NCBI GenBank assembly: GCA_043808155.1
Contig: JAZDFD010000013.1
Span: forward strand, 1 to 42,657
Source of the DNA: Candidatus Iainarchaeum sp.
GTDB taxonomy: Archaea > Iainarchaeota > Iainarchaeia > Iainarchaeales > JAZDFD01
Direction: 5' to 3'
DNA: 42,657 nt
Position numbers and translations under genes: made by a program. The notes beneath the pieces were generated by a model that was given only the letters and a program-made list of their open reading frames with translations, made no database searches and was not told where the DNA came from. Below are positions 1 to 8,584 of this stretch, piece after piece. How positions within the stretch are numbered: the stretch's first letter is position 1; every line of letters begins with the position of its first letter.

Positions 1-900
1 GACTCAGGTTTTGTAGGGAAAAATCTATTTGCACTTGATTTGATTCTTATACGTGCAATTTCAGCAATTTTCACTTATAATGAAAACAAACTCTCAAAAG
101 CAGAGTACTTACCTAACTTTTTTTCATTTCCAGAACCGCACCTAAGCAACAACTCTTTAGAAAATCATGAATTCGAAACTTCAAAATCACTGAAAAGATT
201 AATTGAAGAAGTCACACTCTCAAAAAGAACAATATTGGAAAAAAACCCAGATTATTTGTTTATTGACGGTTCAATAATCCCCCAGCATCAGGACAAACCA
301 AGAAAAGATTCAAAAATAAAATCCCAATATCATGAACTTTTAGAAACCTTTCAGGATTTTTATGACACTGCAGAAAAAAACCAATGTGAATTAATTGCAT
401 GCGTTGAAGATTCACGGGGGAGCAGATTCAGAACAATGCTTCAGGAAGAAATTCTCCCAGAAGAAATCTCTCAGCTCCCTGAATTAGATAATTGTTTTGA
501 TTCTGTTTTGTTGGATTATCTTTTAAGAAAAGGCGAACGATGTTCTGCATTCACTTACACAAAAAGCATTAAGGATCACCCAATTCTAATGGATTATGAA
601 AAGAAATGGGCGGAAAAAGTCCATGCATTTTATTTAAAACCCGCAGAATTTGACAGGCCTTTACGTGTTGAATTTCTCTCAAATGGAAACATTCCAAAGC
701 AAGCTTCAAAAATTGCAGAAGTTGCATATGCCCAAAGTTCAATGCACCGCGAATATGCTTACCCCGCAGTTCTAATCGAAGCAGATATGCATGCAAGATT
801 AAAACCTGACGAAATAAGTATTGTATATGATAAAATCCTTGACAAACTCTCAAAAGGATTCAAAATTAAATTAAGAAGAGACAACAGACCTTTCAAGTGA
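1..900 (+). CDS. nurA: NurA DNA double-strand break repair nuclease (5' truncated by window edge)
   Basis: Frame is open from base 1 (DSGFVGKNLFALDLILIRA); motifs LFIDGSI, ACVEDSR and YAYPAVLIEADMHA typical of NurA; HerA lies just downstream. Confidence 0.85.
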   Translation, partial: DSGFVGKNLFALDLILIRAISAIFTYNENKLSKAEYLPNFFSFPEPHLSNNSLENHEFETSKSLKRLIEEVTLSKRTILEKNPDYLFIDGSIIPQHQDKPRKDSKIKSQYHELLETFQDFYDTAEKNQCELIACVEDSRGSRFRTMLQEEILPEEISQLPELDNCFDSVLLDYLLRKGERCSAFTYTKSIKDHPILMDYEKKWAEKVHAFYLKPAEFDRPLRVEFLSNGNIPKQASKIAEVAYAQSSMHREYAYPAVLIEADMHARLKPDEISIVYDKILDKLSKGFKIKLRRDNRPFK

Positions 901-904
901 TAAA

Positions 905-1150
905 ATGAAAAAGCAAAACACAGGAAATTCGAAAAGGGAAATGCAAAAAATAGAAAAACAAAAAGCAGAAAACACAAAAGAACTTCGATTTTGTCCCGTA
1001 TGCGGTTCAACAAAATTAGAATGGCTTATTGGCGGAACAACTGGAGACCAATACAAATGCGAATGCGGATATCAGGGGATTGCATTAATCGGAACACCCA
1101 AATTCATAAAAAAATTCAGGGAACAGGCAACAGGTGTTAAATGTGACTGA
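905..1150 (+). CDS. small Zn-ribbon protein
   Basis: FCPVCGS...YKCECGY two-knuckle Cys pattern; tightly packed after nurA. Confidence 0.7.
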   Translation: MKKQNTGNSKREMQKIEKQKAENTKELRFCPVCGSTKLEWLIGGTTGDQYKCECGYQGIALIGTPKFIKKFREQATGVKCD

Positions 1151-1616
1151 CGTAAAAATCAGAAAAGCAACTTTGAATGATTTAGATGAAGTTGCTATAC
1201 TTGCAAAAGAGATGTGGGATTTTCATGAACCATTTCCGCCCCAGTTCATAAAATTAAAGAAAAATGCTTCAAAAATATTCAGGGGATTTTGCAGAAAAAT
1301 TATAAAAGGCAACAAAGGTTTTATCCTGGTTGCAGAACATAAAAAAGAATTAGTTGGTTATTTGCTCGAGTATGAAAAAGAATGGCCTCCAATTTACGAG
1401 AATAACATCACTGCAAATGTTTTTGATTTATATGTTAGAGACTGTCTCAGAAATAAAGGAATTGGGACAAAACTTTTGAAAGATGCAGAAAAAAGAATAA
1501 AAAAGAAATATAAGTTTTACACGCTTGACGTTGCTTTTGAAAATAAAAGAACTTACAAATTCTACAAGAAGATGAACTTTATTGAGGAGCGCATAAGGCT
1601 GATAAAAAAATTATAG
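1143..1616 (+). CDS. GNAT family N-acetyltransferase
   Basis: IRKATLNDL N-terminus, LYVRDCLRNKGIGTKLL motif A, N...FYKKMNF; GTG start at 1143 chosen because GGTG (RBS-like) lies at 1133-1136. Confidence 0.85.
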   Translation: MTDVKIRKATLNDLDEVAILAKEMWDFHEPFPPQFIKLKKNASKIFRGFCRKIIKGNKGFILVAEHKKELVGYLLEYEKEWPPIYENNITANVFDLYVRDCLRNKGIGTKLLKDAEKRIKKKYKFYTLDVAFENKRTYKFYKKMNFIEERIRLIKKL

Positions 1617-1624
1617 GTGAAAAT

Positions 1625-3157
1625 ATGACTGACTTAGGAACTGTAATTTCAACCCCGGAAGGACCAAGTCCATCCTCAATTACATTTGTAGTAACTAAAG
1701 GCACTGTGCACAGAGGGCAGTTTGTAGAATTAGATTATTCGCAAGGAACAATGATTGCTTTAGTTTCCAATGTTTACAAAACAAACAGATATTTTGAGCG
1801 TGCAGAGTCAGTAAAAGAGTTTGAAAGTAATGGCACAAAATTAATGGAACAGTTCCCTGCTGCTGAGTGGGAATATTTAGTTGGTGAAACATATCCTTTA
1901 GGTGTTTTCAAAGACAACATAGTAAAACGTCCTACCTATCCCCCCTCACCCGGAACAAAAGTAAGATTAGCAGATTCAAAAAACTTAGAAAAATTCCTGA
2001 ACATTGACAAAGAACACGGAATTGAATTAGGTGAAATTGAACACCATAAGGTTCCTGTAAAATTAAATCTTTCAAAATTTTTACAAAAGCACTGTGCAAT
2101 TTTAGCACAGTCTGGTTTTGGAAAATCTTATTCTGTTTCAGTACTGCTCGAAGAACTTCTTGATAGAAAAAAAGAATCTGGAAGAATTGCGACTATTGTT
2201 TTAGACCCGCACGGAGAATACAGCTGTTTTGCAGAGCCAACAACCAATCCAAAATACAAAGACTACAGCAGCCAGACAACATTAGTGAAAGCAAGAAACA
2301 TAACAATCGGCGTACCAAAATTAAGTATTGGAATTCTCAGTAACATAATCCCTTCAATGTCTGGCCCTCAAAAAAGAGATCTCCAAAAAATAATTTCCGA
2401 TTTGCAAAAACAAATGAAAGAAGGCCTCGGACCTTTTGATTTGAAAACAGTAAAATCTGCTTTAATAAATGACAAAGAAATAAATGACAAAACAAAAAAA
2501 CTACTTTTGTCATACCTTGACAATTTGGAAGAACTGCGTTTGTTTGGAAAATTTGACAGTCCCTCAATTTCAGATGTTGTAAAACCCGGACATTTAACAA
2601 TAATTGATTTGTCAGACATTACTGACATGAAAAAGAAGCAAATAATTGTGAGTTATTTTGCACAAAAATTATTTTATGAAAGAAGAAAAAAATCAATACC
2701 GCCTTTCCTTTTAGTTGTTGAGGAAGCGCACCAGTTTATTCCTGAAACAGTTGCTGCAGAAAGTGCAATTGCAAAAAGTATAATGAAAACAATAGCAAGA
2801 GAAGGAAGAAAGTTCGGCGCATCTTTATGTTTGGTTTCTCAAAGACCAATTCAGCTTGACACCACAGTTTTATCGCAATGTAATAACAAACTCATACTCA
2901 GAATCACAAATCCTTATGATTTAGATCACATTGGAAAAAGTGCAGAAGGCATTGACAAAAATTCACAGCAGATGCTTACGTCACTCCGTGTTGGTGAAGC
3001 ACTAATTGTTGGTGAAGCAACAGGCCACCCTGTGTTTTTCAAAGTCCGAAAACGAAAATCACAGCCATCCAAACACGAAATTCCAATGGAACAGGCTGCA
3101 CGTGACTTCGAAACCAACTCAGAACAAAATAATTCCGACACTGAGCAGTTTTTGTAA
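1625..3157 (+). CDS. herA: HerA helicase/ATPase (HAS barrel + FtsK/HerA ATPase)
   Basis: KHCAILAQSGFGKS Walker A, LDPHGEY, LVVEEAHQF Walker B, AREGRKFG, SQRP; AGGTGA RBS upstream. Confidence 0.9.
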   Translation: MTDLGTVISTPEGPSPSSITFVVTKGTVHRGQFVELDYSQGTMIALVSNVYKTNRYFERAESVKEFESNGTKLMEQFPAAEWEYLVGETYPLGVFKDNIVKRPTYPPSPGTKVRLADSKNLEKFLNIDKEHGIELGEIEHHKVPVKLNLSKFLQKHCAILAQSGFGKSYSVSVLLEELLDRKKESGRIATIVLDPHGEYSCFAEPTTNPKYKDYSSQTTLVKARNITIGVPKLSIGILSNIIPSMSGPQKRDLQKIISDLQKQMKEGLGPFDLKTVKSALINDKEINDKTKKLLLSYLDNLEELRLFGKFDSPSISDVVKPGHLTIIDLSDITDMKKKQIIVSYFAQKLFYERRKKSIPPFLLVVEEAHQFIPETVAAESAIAKSIMKTIAREGRKFGASLCLVSQRPIQLDTTVLSQCNNKLILRITNPYDLDHIGKSAEGIDKNSQQMLTSLRVGEALIVGEATGHPVFFKVRKRKSQPSKHEIPMEQAARDFETNSEQNNSDTEQFL

Positions 3158-3192
3158 TTAGTTTTAAAAGAACCTCGGAATCTATTTGAAGT

Positions 3193-3579
3193 ATGCGTAG
3201 ATTTACAACAAATAAAAGACGGAATCCTGCAACCCGGGCAGATCATAAGCCCCCAAAAAATCCACTTAAAAAGAATGCTGTTACCACAAAAAAGGCTCAT
3301 ACAAAACTAACACCTGCTTTTGGGAAACTTGCCGAAGCCGCCCCTAAACATGGTTTAACAATAAAAAACCCAGGACAAGTAATGGCCCGCGAAGGAATTG
3401 AGCGAGACGCTGCAAAACAGATGTTTGTTGATTTTATTTTGTACAATAAAAAACTCAATGGTGTAACAATCACTGAAAGCGTGCGTACAGAAGCTCGAAA
3501 AACTGCGGACTCAAAAATAAGGAACCAGTATAATGTTGAGCGCAAAGTAATGCAAGAAGAAGCAAAACAAAACAAATAG
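3193..3579 (+). CDS. hypothetical basic protein
   Basis: 128-aa ORF filling the gap; K/R/P-rich N-terminus; no recognisable motif. Confidence 0.5.
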   Translation: MRRFTTNKRRNPATRADHKPPKNPLKKNAVTTKKAHTKLTPAFGKLAEAAPKHGLTIKNPGQVMAREGIERDAAKQMFVDFILYNKKLNGVTITESVRTEARKTADSKIRNQYNVERKVMQEEAKQNK

Positions 3580-3637
3580 TTCACCGGAAATGTACTCTTA
3601 CTAAGTTCTTTTTAAAGCGCAAAAATCTCTTTCTTAC

Positions 3638-5161
3638 ATGAACCCCAACACAAGCACAGTGCTAACTGCAGTAAAATATCTGCCCGAGAAAAAAGTAATT
3701 TATGCTGAATTTTCATGTGAGGGGATTAAGAGTACGGAAAAATTTGGTTTCTTTCCCTCACTCTTTCTTCCCATTACCCCTTTTACCGAAGCCCAGATTA
3801 AAGAAATAATAACTGAAAATGGAATAAAATGCAAAATTTTCATGCATGAAAACTCTGTTGAAATAATGGCTCCGAATTTTGATGATCTGAAAAAAATTAC
3901 AAATATTTTAAGTTCTCTGATAAACGCAACCCCTCTGCTAATAGAGCCTGAGCGTCAGTTTCTCATAAAAAAAGACTGGAGCTATTTTGACAGTTTCAAT
4001 TTCTCAGAAACTGAAATTGAAAAAACACATCTCACGCTCCCTAAAACCGAAGTTGAATTCTTATCTTACTCACTTCATGAAACATTAGAAGACGCACTTT
4101 TAAAGGATTCTAAAAGTGCAGAAGAACTCGCAAAAAAAATTGCAATTTCAAATATTCTTAAAGTCCCTCCTCTCAAAGTGCCGCTTGACAGATTTTCCCA
4201 GCTTGAAACTTTACTGGAAAATCTGTTTTTCAGGCACAAATATGTTTTCACAAAATCCACGTCCCAGAGAAAAGCAGTTGCTGTTAAAGCACCTTATGGG
4301 AATTTCTCTAAAATAACTGAATTTGATTTTTCACCCGTTTTAAATAATCTCATAACTAGGCCATTTTTCAATTTCGGAACTGATAGCTTTATGTGCGGTT
4401 GCTGTAAACCCGGTCCGATTGAAAAAGAAAATACCCTTCCTGATTCTCTGGTTGAACTTGAGTTTAAGGAGGATGGCATCTATTTTGAGTCATTCTCCTC
4501 TCATTTCTCCCAGCAGTTTCATCTGTTAAATCCAAATAAGGAAAAGAGATTGGCAAGAAAAGCAGAATATTATCTGCGTGAATCGCCAGTAGGACCTTTT
4601 TTTAAAAATCAAAAAGCATACTTACCCATTCCAGATGCCTCAAATTTAATTAAAGAAAAAAAAGCAGTTCCCACTGGAAATAAACACTTAAAGTGGTTCT
4701 GTACAAAAAAAGAATCTTTCATTTCAAAAGAAATTTCCAATATGCAAAACTTAATTTCATTAACCTCAATTGAAATCGAAAAAAAAGAAATTGAAAGTTT
4801 CAAAAATCACGGAATTAATGCAGTCACTTTTTTGGAATACAACCCCGAGCATTTTTATCTCTCAACTCATAGACGTGAAATGTCTGCACTTTTAAATTCA
4901 CTAATCCCCCACCTGACAAACAGCAACAGCAGATTCTATTCCTCAGAAATTGCAGATTCAATAAATGCAATAATCGATTATGCAATAACGAAATTCTCTG
5001 CGTTCACCTCTGAAAATGGAGGCAGATTCATACACTCAAATAATTGCAGAGTTTTCATAGAATCAGAATCCCCCTTAGCACTTGCAATGACCTTCTCTGA
5101 GAAGGAGAACTTCCCAACACCTATTATTATGAAAAACCACTCAATTATTGCTTTCCACTGA
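3638..5161 (+). CDS. inactivated, internally deleted family B DNA polymerase homolog
   Basis: Collinear degenerate PolB elements: FFPSLFL and IEPERQFLI (N-terminal domain), VKAPYGNFSKITEFDFSPVL (motif A), FNFGTDSFMCGCC...WFCTKKESFI, LLNSLIPHLTNSNSRFYSSEIADSINA (motif B region), GGRFIHSNN in place of YGDTD. Confidence 0.7.
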   Translation: MNPNTSTVLTAVKYLPEKKVIYAEFSCEGIKSTEKFGFFPSLFLPITPFTEAQIKEIITENGIKCKIFMHENSVEIMAPNFDDLKKITNILSSLINATPLLIEPERQFLIKKDWSYFDSFNFSETEIEKTHLTLPKTEVEFLSYSLHETLEDALLKDSKSAEELAKKIAISNILKVPPLKVPLDRFSQLETLLENLFFRHKYVFTKSTSQRKAVAVKAPYGNFSKITEFDFSPVLNNLITRPFFNFGTDSFMCGCCKPGPIEKENTLPDSLVELEFKEDGIYFESFSSHFSQQFHLLNPNKEKRLARKAEYYLRESPVGPFFKNQKAYLPIPDASNLIKEKKAVPTGNKHLKWFCTKKESFISKEISNMQNLISLTSIEIEKKEIESFKNHGINAVTFLEYNPEHFYLSTHRREMSALLNSLIPHLTNSNSRFYSSEIADSINAIIDYAITKFSAFTSENGGRFIHSNNCRVFIESESPLALAMTFSEKENFPTPIIMKNHSIIAFH

Positions 5162-5255
5162 TTTTATTGGCATATATGCTCCGATCTCCGCGCAAGGGTT
5201 TTTAAATCATACGCAGGGAACATTCTATACTATTATTCCAAAGAGACGATCATTT

Positions 5256-5462
5256 ATGGCTGATTTAACAAGATTTGAACGAACAAGATTAATTTCTGCA
5301 AGAGCATTACAGCTCTCATTAGGTGCACCTGCACTGCATAAAATTAAAAATGCAGTTTCTATGATTGATGTTGCAAGAACCGAATATGAAAATAAAGTAC
5401 TGCCGTTATCTGTTCTTAGAAAATATCCTAATGGTAGAATTGAAAAAATAGACCTTAGTTAG
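5256..5462 (+). CDS. rpo6: DNA-directed RNA polymerase subunit Rpo6/K
   Basis: LTRFERTRLISARALQLSLGAP...VLPLSVLR; in-frame ATG at 5256 preferred over the TTG at 5148. Confidence 0.92.
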   Translation: MADLTRFERTRLISARALQLSLGAPALHKIKNAVSMIDVARTEYENKVLPLSVLRKYPNGRIEKIDLS

Positions 5463-5471
5463 TGATTTTTT

Positions 5472-5756
5472 ATGGGTAAAGCGGTTCCTAAATCATTGAA
5501 AAGACGAGCTGAAATTCTGATGACAGAATTTCCAAAAGAAGTATCTTCTGATTTTGATAAAAACAAAGCCTTTCTAAATACAATGGAATTATCACTTTCA
5601 AAATCCCAAAGAAATCTTGTTGCAGGGTTTATTTCAAGAAAAACTGAAAAACCCGCAGCAACAGAACACAAATTTGCAAAGCCAAAAGAAACTGAACACA
5701 AAGCTGAAAAACCCGCAGCAACAGAACACAAATTTGCAAAACCTATTACAAATTAA
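5472..5756 (+). CDS. rps17e: ribosomal protein eS17 (S17e) with repeated C-terminal tail
   Basis: MGKAVPKSLKR..., DFDKNK, SKSQRNLVAGFISR match S17e. Confidence 0.85.
   Translation: MGKAVPKSLKRRAEILMTEFPKEVSSDFDKNKAFLNTMELSLSKSQRNLVAGFISRKTEKPAATEHKFAKPKETEHKAEKPAATEHKFAKPITN
5644..5740 (+). repeat. 37-bp exact direct repeat, 60-bp period, in the rps17e tail
   Basis: ctgaaaaacccgcagcaacagaacacaaatttgcaaa at 5644-5680 and 5704-5740 (EKPAATEHKFAK twice). Confidence 0.95.
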
Positions 5757-7820
5757 TTAGGTTCTAATTTCTATAAATTCGGGTTTTGTTACTCCATCAT
5801 TATTTTTGTCTCTGTGTAAAACATAAATATTAGACGAGGCCGCATTTTCCATTTCTTTATCATGGGTTATAACAAAAATCTGGCCCACAACTTCTGGAAG
5901 ATGTTCTCTCAGCATAACACTAAGTTCACGTATTGCTTCAGAATCCAGATTATGTGTAGGTTCGTCCAATATAAGCCAGCTTAAATTCTGGGTTAAAACC
6001 AATGAAAATGCAATTCTTATGCACAAAGCAGCCGAACTCCGTTCACCACCGCTTAAAATACCCTCAACACGGACCCATGCCCCTTCTCTCTGAAGTACTT
6101 TGAGTTCATAATTTCCGTCTTCAATTTCCATTTTGGCATTTGTATAATCTCCGTAAGGATAAATTCTCGGCCAGATATCACTCATTGCATTATTTATATT
6201 TTCAATCAGCAAATCCCTCATTTCTGCCTGAACTGCTTTCAGAGAATTAGTGAATATTGAAAGTTTATCAATATTTTTATCAATTCCCAAAATACTTTTC
6301 TCAAGTTCCTCCATACGCTGCGTTTCTTTTTCAATTCGTTCAATACTTTTCTCAAGTTCTGAAATCATTTCTATGTTTCCGGAAATTTCCTTTTCCGCAG
6401 ATAATTTATTTGATTTAATTTCAGAGAACGTCTCCTTTTCAGAACTTAAAAGTTTTTCATCAAACCCAAGATGTTTTATTTTCACTTTAACTTTTTCCAA
6501 TTCATTTTCAAGAACAGAGATTTCATTTTTGTTTTTTTCCACATCTGTTGCAAACAAAACTAAATCATTAATTTTAATTTCTTCTTTAACAAGCGAATCA
6601 GTTATTTCCTTAAGTGATTTAATCTCATGTTTGTGCTGTTCAAATTCTTTTTTCAAATCTGTGTGTTTCTTATCTAATTTTGAAATTTCCTTCAAATTCC
6701 CTGCGATTTCCTTTTCAGCATCTTTAATCAATTTCTCTTTTTTTTCATTACTCAGTGCGGTTTTACACAGTGGGCAATCTGCATCAAGTTCTTTGAATTG
6801 TTTAAGCTGTTTCCCTAGTTTTTCATTGCCAGATTTGTAAACTGCATCCTTTTCAGAAATTTCAGAAATGTGTTTCTGCAATCCATCAAGTGTTTTCTCA
6901 TTTGTTTCAATTGCCTTATTGCTTTTTTCTTTTTTTCCAGAAATTTCCTTAACCTCTTTTTCAAGCATTTCTTTTGTTTTGTTGCCAATTTTTTTCATAT
7001 TTTCTTCAAGTGTTTTTTTCATCTGCTCTGTTTTCGCAGAAAGTCTAACTCTCAGTTCTTCAGATTCTTTAAATTCTAATGCTTTCTTTTCAAGATTAGA
7101 AATTTTTTCAGAAATTTCTTTCTCGTCTTTCCCGAATAAATCAATTTTCTTTTCAAGTTCTAAATTATGTTTTTTCTTTTCACTAAGCCTTTTTTCAATT
7201 TCATTAACATTTTCATCTTTCAGTTCCTGTCTGGATTGTTCAAGCATCTTCTTTCTTTCTTTTGAAATATCTTTAAGTCTGTTTGAAACAGTCACAGAAT
7301 TACTTCTGACTTTTTCATATCTGTTCAGATTAAGAAGATCATCGAATTTGTCTTTTCTCTGTGCAGGACTAAGTCTCAAAAAGAAATCCAGCTGATTCTG
7401 TTCAGAGTAAACTGCTCTGCTGAACAAATCATAATTTATCTCAAGCAGTGATTCAATGCTATTTGTGACTTCTTTTGTTTTGGGTCCTGCAATTAATATA
7501 CCTTCTCGGTACAGTTTCCCGCTGTTTGTTCCGCCCTTGATTATACTTCGTTCAACTGAATATGATTTGCCATCATAATCAAACTCAAGCACAATTTTTG
7601 CATTGTCCATTGCAACTGGTTTTGCCATTATGGTTTCATCAAGACTTACACGTTTTGCATTTGCTGCAGGAAAGGTTCCAAACAAAGCAAAAGAAATAGC
7701 ATCCATCACTGCGCTTTTACCCGCCCCCATTGGACCCACAAGAACATTAGTGCCTGAACCAAATTCGAACTCACTATTTTTGTGGGTTTTCCAGTTTTCA
7801 AGCACAATTTTCTTTATCAT
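5757..7820 (-). CDS. rad50: Rad50/SbcC-type SMC ATPase
   Basis: GPMGAGKS Walker A, Q-loop YSEQ, coiled coil with central CPLC zinc hook, LSGGE signature, LILDEPT Walker B, ITH. Confidence 0.9.
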   Translation of the reverse strand: MIKKIVLENWKTHKNSEFEFGSGTNVLVGPMGAGKSAVMDAISFALFGTFPAANAKRVSLDETIMAKPVAMDNAKIVLEFDYDGKSYSVERSIIKGGTNSGKLYREGILIAGPKTKEVTNSIESLLEINYDLFSRAVYSEQNQLDFFLRLSPAQRKDKFDDLLNLNRYEKVRSNSVTVSNRLKDISKERKKMLEQSRQELKDENVNEIEKRLSEKKKHNLELEKKIDLFGKDEKEISEKISNLEKKALEFKESEELRVRLSAKTEQMKKTLEENMKKIGNKTKEMLEKEVKEISGKKEKSNKAIETNEKTLDGLQKHISEISEKDAVYKSGNEKLGKQLKQFKELDADCPLCKTALSNEKKEKLIKDAEKEIAGNLKEISKLDKKHTDLKKEFEQHKHEIKSLKEITDSLVKEEIKINDLVLFATDVEKNKNEISVLENELEKVKVKIKHLGFDEKLLSSEKETFSEIKSNKLSAEKEISGNIEMISELEKSIERIEKETQRMEELEKSILGIDKNIDKLSIFTNSLKAVQAEMRDLLIENINNAMSDIWPRIYPYGDYTNAKMEIEDGNYELKVLQREGAWVRVEGILSGGERSSAALCIRIAFSLVLTQNLSWLILDEPTHNLDSEAIRELSVMLREHLPEVVGQIFVITHDKEMENAASSNIYVLHRDKNNDGVTKPEFIEIRT

Positions 7821-7954
7821 AAAAACTCTAAATCCGATTCTTGTTATAAGTTTAATTAGATGTGATTAATTAGGATAAGATGTTATGTATAAGACACCAA
7901 ATACTTTTGAAAAATTTAAATTAAAAATTCAAAATAAGAATTAAAAAAACAGAA

Positions 7955-8215
7955 TTAAAGGAGTGTTACTCCCTCAACTTCAACGTCCCTAACACCAGGA
8001 AGTGCTTTGATTTCATCTTCCAGTTTCGACATTGCGCCGTCTTCCTTATCTGGAATAACAACTGCAATCTTAACCAATTCCAAACCAAATGCAATAGGCT
8101 CTAGTCTTACTTCTTTAACTTCGCCATTCTTGATTTTCTTGACAGATTTTTCGATTTTCACAGAATCTTCAAGTTCCTCAGGATATATTTTCATGATTAT
8201 TAGTGCGTTACCCAT
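7955..8215 (-). CDS. ef1b: translation elongation factor aEF-1beta
   Basis: EPIAFGL motif; ATG at 8215 with GGTGA RBS; standard position after the Zn-finger gene. Confidence 0.92.
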   Translation of the reverse strand: MGNALIIMKIYPEELEDSVKIEKSVKKIKNGEVKEVRLEPIAFGLELVKIAVVIPDKEDGAMSKLEDEIKALPGVRDVEVEGVTLL

Positions 8216-8225
8216 CTGATTCACC

Positions 8226-8381
8226 TTATGGGCCTATAAATCCGCATTCTTTGCATGTGTATGGTTTTGAGGTTGATCTGCAGTGTAAGCATCTCACAAT
8301 CCTTTCCTTGCTGCATTTTGGACATTTGAATTCCACGTAATTGTCTGTAACTTCCTTGTTACATGTGCTGCAAACTTTCAT
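8226..8381 (-). CDS. Zn-ribbon protein (DUF1610 / HVO_2753-like), not in the ORF track
   Basis: Own translation MKVCSTCNKEVTDNYVEFKCPKCSKERIVRCLHCRSTSKPYTCKECGFIGP; four CxxC; AGGTGA RBS; conserved neighbour of aEF-1beta. Confidence 0.9.
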   Translation of the reverse strand: MKVCSTCNKEVTDNYVEFKCPKCSKERIVRCLHCRSTSKPYTCKECGFIGP

Positions 8382-8404
8382 AGTATTCACCTACTTTACC
8401 AAAG

Positions 8405-8468
8405 TTTAAACCCGATTGCGTACGGGTGTTCCGCGTCCCACCCGAAGTGGGGCTGCCTAACGTTTAAA
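8405..8468. other. GC-rich intergenic two-hairpin element
   Basis: acccg/cgggt (8410-8427) and cccac/gtggg (8437-8451) stems; tttaaac/gtttaaa flanks can also pair. Confidence 0.5.
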
Positions 8469-8556
8469 AACTTCAGCCTTTAATAATCTCTTAGGACTAA
8501 CATTTAAAAACCGCATGGGCGATTGAGTTCACGGGAAATCTACTCTTTCAAATTCA

Positions 8557-8564
8557 TTATAAAT
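8557..8564 (+). promoter_or_regulatory. TATA box for a probably leaderless LAGLIDADG transcript
   Basis: TTATAAAT begins 28 nt before ATG 8585; no RBS visible. Confidence 0.5.
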
Positions 8565-8584
8565 CATAAAAACCAATTTATTTT

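Noticed and set aside
6250-7395. Long Ser/Phe-rich plus-strand ORFs
   Set aside because: Antisense shadows of the Lys/Glu-rich Rad50 coiled coil; the same holds for most short opposite-strand ORFs in the track
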